From: Octopus vulgaris
Lineage: Eukaryota
Direction of reading: 5' to 3'
Assembly: GCA_951406725.2 (NCBI GenBank)
Contig: OX597834.1
Span: 10,912,001 to 10,976,000 of the forward strand
DNA: 64,000 nt
The notes beneath the pieces were generated by a model. The model was not told the origin of the DNA. It saw only the letters and a list, made by a program, of their open reading frames with translations, and did no database searches. Both the position numbers and the translations under genes were made by a program. Shown one piece after another: positions 56,161 to 64,000 of this stretch. Every line of letters begins with the position of its first letter. Positions within the stretch are counted from its first letter, which is position 1.

Positions 56161-56389
56161 TATATTTCTTTACTACCCACGAGGGGCTAAACACAGAGAG
56201 GACAAACAAGGACAGACAGACGGATTAAGTCGATTATATCGACCCCAGTGCGTAACTGGTATTTTATTTATCGACCCCAAAATGATGAAAGGCAAAGTCG
56301 ACCTGGGCGGAATTTGAACTCAGAACGTAACGCAGACGAAATACGGCTACGCATTTCGCCCGCCGTGCTAACGATTCTGCCAGCTCGTC
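56161..56389 (-). mobile_element. SINE family B monomer
   Basis: Full match to the 4943-5168 copy. Confidence 0.92.
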
Positions 56390-56399
56390 GTGAGCAATA

Positions 56400-56419
56400 T
56401 CATTATCATCAAAGTTGTT

Positions 56420-56475
<56 letters not shown>

Positions 56476-56616
56476 TATCATCATCATCTTCATCATCATC
56501 ATTCTCGTCCACGTCTTCGTCTTCCTCCCCTTCCTCATTGTTATTCTCCTTCTCCTCCACCTGCACCTCCTCCTCCACCTCCACATCCACATCCTCCTCA
56601 TTATCATCATCATCAT
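56400..56616. repeat. (CAT)n/(CTC)n trinucleotide low-complexity tract
   Basis: Direct reading. Confidence 0.92.
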
Positions 56617-56618
56617 AA

Positions 56619-57025
56619 GGCGACGAGCTCGTAGGATAGTTACCGCACCGGGCAAAATATTTCGAGGCATTTTCTTCTGAGTTCAAATTCCGCCGAGGTG
56701 GCCTTTACTTTTCGACCTTTCGTGGTCGATAAATTAAGTACCATTGAAAACATTGGGTCGATGTAATCAACTCTCCTCTCCCACAAATTTCAGGCCTAGT
56801 GCCTATAGTAGAAAGTATTATCATCATCATTTTCATTATCATCTTAAGATACCAGCTGGCAGAATGATTAGCATGCTAGACAAAATGCGTATCCGCATTT
56901 AGCCTACCTGTTCCCACCAGGGTCGAGTTTATAGTTTATTATTCCGGGACTGAATGATAATTACCATATGAGCTCAAGTGACGGCCTAATCGACTAGACA
57001 CCTCCCTCAACTTCCAGGCAGAAAT
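56619..57025 (+). mobile_element. Two diverged SINE family B copies
   Basis: gagttcaaattccgccgagg, ggtcgataaattaagtacc and an aaatttcaggcc tail, then an older copy from ~56850. Confidence 0.75.
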
Positions 57026-57066
57026 TATTATTATTATTATTATCATTACTATTCTATTATTATTAC

Positions 57067-57106
<40 letters not shown>

Positions 57107-57660
57107 GAATGAGAGAGCAGTTCATGCCATCAAAGTGACACTGGGGTAAAATATACGAAGCCCAATATACCCATCATGACTACCCGTCTGATAAAGGCAC
57201 ACCAGGCACATGCATCACAACCATATGTGCGCGACATGGTGATCTCATATCAAGATAAACAGCACATGACCTTGCAGGTGGGGCCCAGTTAGAATTTTCT
57301 TCAGGTTGAGTAACCCATCCCGCTCAAAATGTCCCTGAATAAGGGTTGTTTAAGGACGTTGAACGAAACACCCATGTTTCCAGAGGTGAATTATTCAAAC
57401 CCCAAAGAATCCTTCTCAACACATGGCTATGATGCTCCCCCACTACTTCTGCTCGTGATCAGAGATGCACATATCGTCAGCCACTAAGGGACATGCTCAA
57501 CTGGTTAAGGTCAAACAACTGACAAGCAAATCTGTGGTATTGAGCAGAATATTTGCTGTAGCCCATCTTTTATACCAAGACAAAACAATGTACATGATAA
57601 CACTTCCAATCAATTAAGATCAGAAGCCATGAGAGCCACTGCCTGGTACTGCATCAGGGC
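57107..57660 (-). mobile_element. 554-bp non-coding element inserted in (ATT)n, copy 1
   Basis: Flanked by (ATT)n on both sides; highly similar to 57806-58300 and 58525-58769. Orientation inferred from the fused Dong-like end. Confidence 0.85.
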
Positions 57661-57670
57661 TATTATTATA

Positions 57671-57738
<68 letters not shown>

Positions 57739-57749
57739 CATTATTATTA

Positions 57750-57805
<56 letters not shown>

Positions 57806-58300
57806 GAGTGAAAGAGCAGTGCATGCCATCAAAGTGACACTGGGGTAAAATATACGAAGTCCAGTATACCCATCATGACTACCCGTCTGATAAGAGTACA
57901 CCAGGCACATGCATCACAACCATATGTGCGCGACATGGTGGTCTCATATCAAGATAAACAGCACCTGACCTTGCAGGTGGGGCCCAGTTAGAATTTTGTT
58001 CTGGTCGAGTAGCCCATCCTACTCAAAAGGTCCCTGAATAAGGGTTGTTTAAGGATGTTGAACGAAACACCCCTGATTCCAAAGGTGAATTATTCAAACC
58101 CCAAAGAATCCCTCTCAAAACATGGCTATGATGCTCCCCCACTACTTCTGCTCGTGATCAGAGATGTACATATCGTTAGTCACTAAGGGACATGCTCAAC
58201 TGGGTAAGGTCAAACAACTGACAAGCAAATCTGTGGTACTGAGCAGAATATTTGCTGTAGCCCATCTTTTATACCAATACAAGACTATGTTACCAAGACA
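57806..58300 (-). mobile_element. Same (ATT)n-associated element, copy 2 (truncated)
   Basis: Colinear with copy 1, lacks the last ~70 bp. Confidence 0.85.
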
Positions 58301-58340
58301 ATTATTATTATTATTATCATTATCATTATTATTAGTATTA

Positions 58341-58524
58341 TTCAGTAGTTTTATTTTTATAGCGTGCTTTCACTTCACTACCGAGCGCAGCTCTGTGTGC
58401 CTTGGGTATGTGCTGTGATTTGTTGTGATGCTCTGATGGTTATTGTATGGAAAGTGTTCTGCGTAGGATGTGTGCAGTGCCTAGTAGTGCAATTTTCTGT
58501 ATGTTATATGTGTTTGTAAGTCCT
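58341..58524 (-). mobile_element. R4/Dong-like LINE 3' end
   Basis: GLTNTYNIQKIALLGTAHILRRTLSIQ* is the R4/Dong-type C-terminus (QKxxLLGTAHILR), followed by a 3' UTR running into (TAA)n. Confidence 0.8.
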
Positions 58525-58769
58525 TTCAACACATGGCTATGATGCTCCCCAACTACTTCTGCTCAGGATCAGAGATGCACATATCGTCAGCCACTAAGGG
58601 ACATGCTCAACTGGTTAAGGTTAAACAACTGACAAGCAAATCTGTGGTATTGAGCAGAATATTTGCTGTTGCCCATCTTTTATACCCAGACAAAACAATG
58701 TACATGATAACACTTCCAATAAGTTAAGATCAGAAGCCAAGAGAGCCACTGCCTGGTACTGCACCAGGG
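58525..58769 (-). mobile_element. Same (ATT)n-associated element, copy 3 (partial), fused to the Dong-like 3' end
   Basis: Matches ~57417-57659 and joins directly to 58524. Confidence 0.85.
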
Positions 58770-58816
58770 TAGTTATCATCATCATCATCCTCATCATCAT
58801 CATCATCATCATCATT

Positions 58817-58847
<31 letters not shown>

Positions 58848-58848
58848 A

Positions 58849-58894
<46 letters not shown>

Positions 58895-59059
58895 GTTATC
58901 ATTATTATTATTATTATTATTTGATGCCTATTTTGGTTTAGCGAGTAAAAAGAATTCCTCTTAAGGGAGCGTCATAATTTTCAATTTTATTCTCCGCAAC
59001 GAAAGAACTTTTTGAAGGCCTAGGCCTAGGTTTTTGATTTCTTCAAAACATCCTCATTT

Positions 59060-60595
59060 CATAATGCCGACTAATGCTACGCAATTATTTGTGTATTGTC
59101 TCTTGCGATCCATCCAAAAGAATGATTACATTAAACAAATTAAAACAAAGACAGCGCACAAAATAACATTAAAAATTAAAATCATGAAGACGTAAACAAA
59201 TGCCAGAAGAATGAACGAATTATAAAAATAAAGCACCCGACAAAAAAGCAACAACAATAAGATTTTACTTGCACGTTCCGCTTCGGGTGCAAACACGAAA
59301 AGTGATAGAATAATTTTTACTGGTGTCGTTTCTCACAAAATGTCATTCAATGGATCGTTTTGCTGAAAGATCAAAACTAGGCAACATTTGTTTCCCGAAT
59401 TGGCGCTAAAATTCCATAATTAATTAGTGTACTGTGTGCTTGTACAGAATATTCTGGGCAAAACATTCATTATCAAATGTGCAGGAAGATGGATATTTGA
59501 AGTCACATAGTTTTGTCTCGGACGGTGTAGGAGTATTAAAAGGACTGCCAGTCCTGGACGCTATATCAGAATGAAAGGGGTTAACTGGCCAAGTACCATG
59601 TGGTACTGCTGCTGTTGTTGTTGTTGTTATTTTGTTGTTGTTGTTGTTGTTGTTGTTGTAAAGAAACAAGTCAGGTAAGGGTGATTAGGTGATGGTCTAG
59701 GCGAGCGGTGCTGGCAGAATCGTTAGCATGCCGGGCGAAACGCTTTGTAGTATTTCGTCTGTCGCTACGTTCTGAGTTCAAATTCCGCCGAGGTCGACTT
59801 TGCCTTTCATCCTTTCGGGGGTCGATTAAATAAGTACCAGTTACGCTCTGGGGTCGATGTAATCGACTTAATCCATTTGTCTGTCCTTGTTTGTTTGTCC
59901 CCTGTGTGTTTAGCCCCTTGCGAGTAGTAAAAAATAGGTGATGGTCTAGGGCTTATGGGCGAGAGACCCTAGATCTTGGGAAAAATAACTTTGGTCGTCT
60001 TGTTGTCGACGAGGGCTCTTCGTTGACGCCTGACACCACTATGAGGTGGCCTCGAAGTCGCTGGAAATGGAGATCTGCAGGTCCAAAATCTTAGATACCA
60101 TCAGGTGGTGCTGCGAAGGTAGGAGCGAGGGAACTATTCGGATGGTTAAAGTGATAGTTGTTGTCATTTCCATAATCCATTATTGAACACGTGGTTAACG
60201 GATTAAAAGGACTATTATATGGAGTCGGCAGTGCCTCAGATCCTGATTTGGTCGGGTTGATATACATTCTCGGGTTACGACTAGATAAATTCGCAGGTTT
60301 ACTATGTGTAGGTTAGTATCCTGCTAATAGTTCTGCTGCTACACACTTCTAGATATATTAATTTTCTATGATTTAGATTAGGTATAACATCGACTGTTGT
60401 TTGTTGCCGTATAGTACAGCTTGGTATGTTGGATGTCTGGTACAATTTTTGTAAATGTACTAGATTTAGGAAAGTCGTTTTATAACAAAGCGAAATTTTA
60501 TTTGGGAAATCAATTCTAGACGTTAAGGGCGAATGGTGGTAGTGATGGGGACCAGATTACGTTATGAAATCTAGTACGATTTCGATGCAGCAATT
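59060..60595 (-). mobile_element. Decayed PLE C-terminal region (thumb, Cys linker, endonuclease start) interrupted by a SINE B
   Basis: HNVIW..PPFALNV, DFPKSSTFTKI (cf. NIIWFNPPFSxNV, HFPKxHKLHKI), KLCDFKYPSSCTFDNECFAQNILYKHTV (cf. CNCR..CPLDGKCL..NIIYKATV), SCLHPK. Confidence 0.6.
59702..59934 (+). mobile_element. SINE family B monomer with 16-bp TSD
   Basis: taggtgatggtctagg at 59686-59701 and 59935-59950. Confidence 0.93.
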
Positions 60596-61125
60596 TACGG
60601 TTTTAGAGCCTAATAATTATTCTTTGTTCTCTATAGCCGAACCGCCAAGTTGCGGGGACGCAAACACACCAATAAGCAACGATGGTGGGGAACAAATACA
60701 GACACAGAGATGAAACACACACACACATACACCTGCGCACACACACAGACATGTATATACGTATGCATACATCTATAAACGCACGAATTATCTTATTTCA
60801 TATATAGACGATAAAAAAATATATATTCACATAAATACATACAAATACACACTTTCAAACATAACTATATATAAACACACACACACACACACAATCGCGC
60901 ATACTCACTCACAGAAACACCAACACCCACACTGCACAAACAGATATATACATATATGTATGTGTATATATATATATATATACATATATTATATTCATAT
61001 ATATATATACATATATACAATTTACATATATACATATATATTTCCTTTACATGTTTACCTTTTATAGAAATTGTGGGCTTTTCAGCGTTTTCCCCCATTT
61101 TAGTATTTTTATAAGTGTATGTGTG

Positions 61126-61185
<60 letters not shown>

Positions 61186-61478
61186 GTGTGTGTATGCGTG
61201 TGGGTGTATTTATATGTATGTGTATCTATTAACACACATGTCTATTTGTTCCTTTGCTCTTACCGTCTCTTTGACGGTAAGGTTATTGGCTTGGAAAATA
61301 TGATAATCTGATAATGCAAGTTCCGAGATGTAAAACAGGAGGCAGCACTTCCCGCCATATAATTTCCTCAAGTTTACGCTTGGTCATATTGGCAGTGTGT
61401 CTTGGGGAATAGTCATGCTGCAAGAGTGCGCATCTCACCAAGATACATAAACCAAGAAGGTCTTTGTTGAAACTTCAA

Positions 61479-61801
61479 TACTCTTTAATTGTTTCAGTCA
61501 TTTGACAATGGTCATGCTGGAGCACCACCTTTAGCCGAACCGCTAATGTAACGGGGCCCTAAGCACATCAGCATCGGTTGTTAAGCGATTTGGGGGAATA
61601 AACACAGACACACAAACATATACGCACACATACATATATACATACATACATATGTATACGGCGGGCTTTTTCAGTTTCCGTCTTCCAAATCCACTCACAA
61701 GGGCGGCCCGAAGCTATAGTAGAAGACGCTTGCCCAAGGGACTGAACCCGGAAGCATGTGGTTGGTAAGCAAGCTACTTAACATAGGGCCACTCCTACGC
61801 C
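61479..61801 (-). mobile_element. SINE family A copy with several deletions
   Basis: Head, internal microsatellite and tail recognisable. Confidence 0.9.
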
Positions 61802-62693
61802 AATGTGTAGTTTACATTAAAATAGCATTTAAATTCTCTGGATAGAAAGTATTTGTTTCCACGATGGAAATCAGAGTAAATAAAGCTATCAATGACAGCA
61901 TGTAGGATATTAGACGAACCTTTGTAATCGAACCCACGTAGTCTTTGTACATGAGAGATATGCTACCATTAGAGCAAATGACCCTTGAAATTTTCGATAT
62001 CTTGTCAAATGTTTTGTTCTTACAATAAAAAATTGTATGGCGCTCATATTAAAGCATTTTTTTTTTTTCAAATTTTGGCAGGAATGAATTTAATCGGTTT
62101 AATGGTGGAACTCAAACTAGATAACTCTATAAAAACAGCATGAAAATTTTATGCCATGGCTGTTTATTTTCAATTCTTGCTATTATAAGTGGTTGGTGAT
62201 ATATCGCTCTCAAGGAAAATTTCCTTCTCTTTAAAATTTGATGGTTGGCTGTCGATTTCTTTTAAATCGTAAATAAACAGAAATAATCATTTTACACCTT
62301 AAGTCCAAAGCATAAATTTTAGTATTTGGTTAATAATATATTACATTTCAGTAAGCATTCGAGATAAACAACGCATAATCACTCATAAACATTATCTGGT
62401 ACGACATGAATTTTGATACAAAATAATAAATGTTTAACGAAATTAGTGCTTGTGAGATTTTAAATGTCTCATATGTGTCTTCTGTAAACGTCTTGTCTCA
62501 CAACACGGAATCAGTTCAAATACGTTGCCTGGCAACTCCATCTCCGATATTTTAATAGAACTACATAAGAAATTTCTTAAATCGTACCTGATTTCGCTTC
62601 TGTTTTCTAGTTAATTATTTCCATGCAGACATCGCTCTGCATGAACTGTAGAAATCATTCTACTTGTAGAAGGGTGTGCTAAGATAAACAAAC

Positions 62694-62741
<48 letters not shown>

Positions 62742-62920
62742 GTAGTAGTAGTAGTAGTAGTAGTAGTATTATTGTTATTTTGCATTGTTTCTCATACACT
62801 GTGTTTTCCCTACTCTTCCTGGTGAATGACGTTAGTATTTGAATTGTTAACTTTGCAGCCATTAAATGTTGCAAATTATTGAACAACCTGATAAGAACGG
62901 AAAATCTGCTTACTTGCATA

Positions 62921-63066
<146 letters not shown>

Positions 63067-63175
63067 TCAAACGAAGCAGGTAAGTTTGAATAAACTGTCG
63101 TAATAATAGCAAAAGTCTTAATACCGTTACTGAAAAAAAAATTTAATAGCAAAAGCCACAATGACTACAGCAACA

Positions 63176-63224
<49 letters not shown>

Positions 63225-63417
63225 AATGTAATAGTTACAAGGAAAATGATTACGATGATATAATACTATTAACAACAAGAAAAAAAAATGTAAGAGAAAC
63301 TCGCAAAAGTTTATTTCAACACTTGTAATAGTTAAGAACTTGTTAGAAAAGTAAGAAACACGCACAGACATACACACATATACATCTGTAATTCCATGCA
63401 TATTTACACATGCATGC

Positions 63418-63472
<55 letters not shown>

Positions 63473-63775
63473 CGCACACACATATGTCTATGCATATTAC
63501 AACAATGATAAGGTGAAGTCAGTGTTGACGATGGTGATGAAGAATACTAATAAGTGAAAAGAAGTCGTTTTCTTGCGGCACATAAATGTATTGAAGACTG
63601 TTGTCAATTAAATTCATGCCGCAATATATTTCTTCTTTTACCTACTTTATACAATATTGCTGCTGGATCGTCTTTATGCTTTTTTTCCTTCTTCTCGTTC
63701 TTCCTCCTCTCTTTTGTATTATTATGGAAAGAGATATCGTATTCGTTCGGCGATGACTAAAAATTAAGAGGAGCC

Positions 63776-63829
63776 GTAGTAGTTGCGGTGGTAGTGGTCA
63801 TGCTGATGGTGATAGCAGTAGTTGTAGTG

Positions 63830-63870
<41 letters not shown>

Positions 63871-63952
63871 TTGGTAAGAATGCTAAACGATGAGCGGAGA
63901 ATAAGATTAAAATAAAAGCAAAGGAATTAAGACAAAGCGGACGAAAGAGTGC

Positions 63953-63993
<41 letters not shown>
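63776..63993. repeat. (GTA)n tracts
   Basis: Direct reading. Confidence 0.92.
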
Positions 63994-64000
63994 TGCAGGG

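Noticed and set aside
56248-56686. His/Pro-rich and acidic ORFs
   Set aside because: Derived from CAT/CTC repeats between two SINE B copies.
59440-59575. Short plus-strand open frame as a possible host exon
   Set aside because: Better explained by the minus-strand PLE Cys-linker remnant; no recognisable product.

Overview
AT-rich, gene-free animal DNA (intergenic or deep intronic), densely filled with microsatellites and transposable-element copies. The SINE families, (TA)n density and element mix suggest an octopus/cephalopod genome; this is an inference, not a database result. I cannot support any intact host CDS, tRNA or rRNA gene. Nearly all listed ORFs are translations of (TA)n/(CA)n/(ATT)n tracts or of SINE bodies. 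Identified: about 19 copies of a composite tRNA-headed SINE (family A), monomers and multimers of a second SINE (family B), and three copies of a third SINE head with three different tails (family C). Also present are CR1/L2-like, RTE-like and R4/Dong-like LINE fragments, mariner relics, non-autonomous Helitrons, a BEL/Pao gag relic and several degenerate Penelope-like element (PLE) fragments. The most notable signal is about 9 type-I hammerhead-ribozyme (HHR)-like motifs with palindromic stem III. They sit in short inserts embedded in (TA)n tracts, and some have non-canonical cores. One lies downstream of a tRNA-like head, a candidate hammerhead-bearing, Penelope-mobilised SINE. Coordinates were read by eye and may be off by a few bases.
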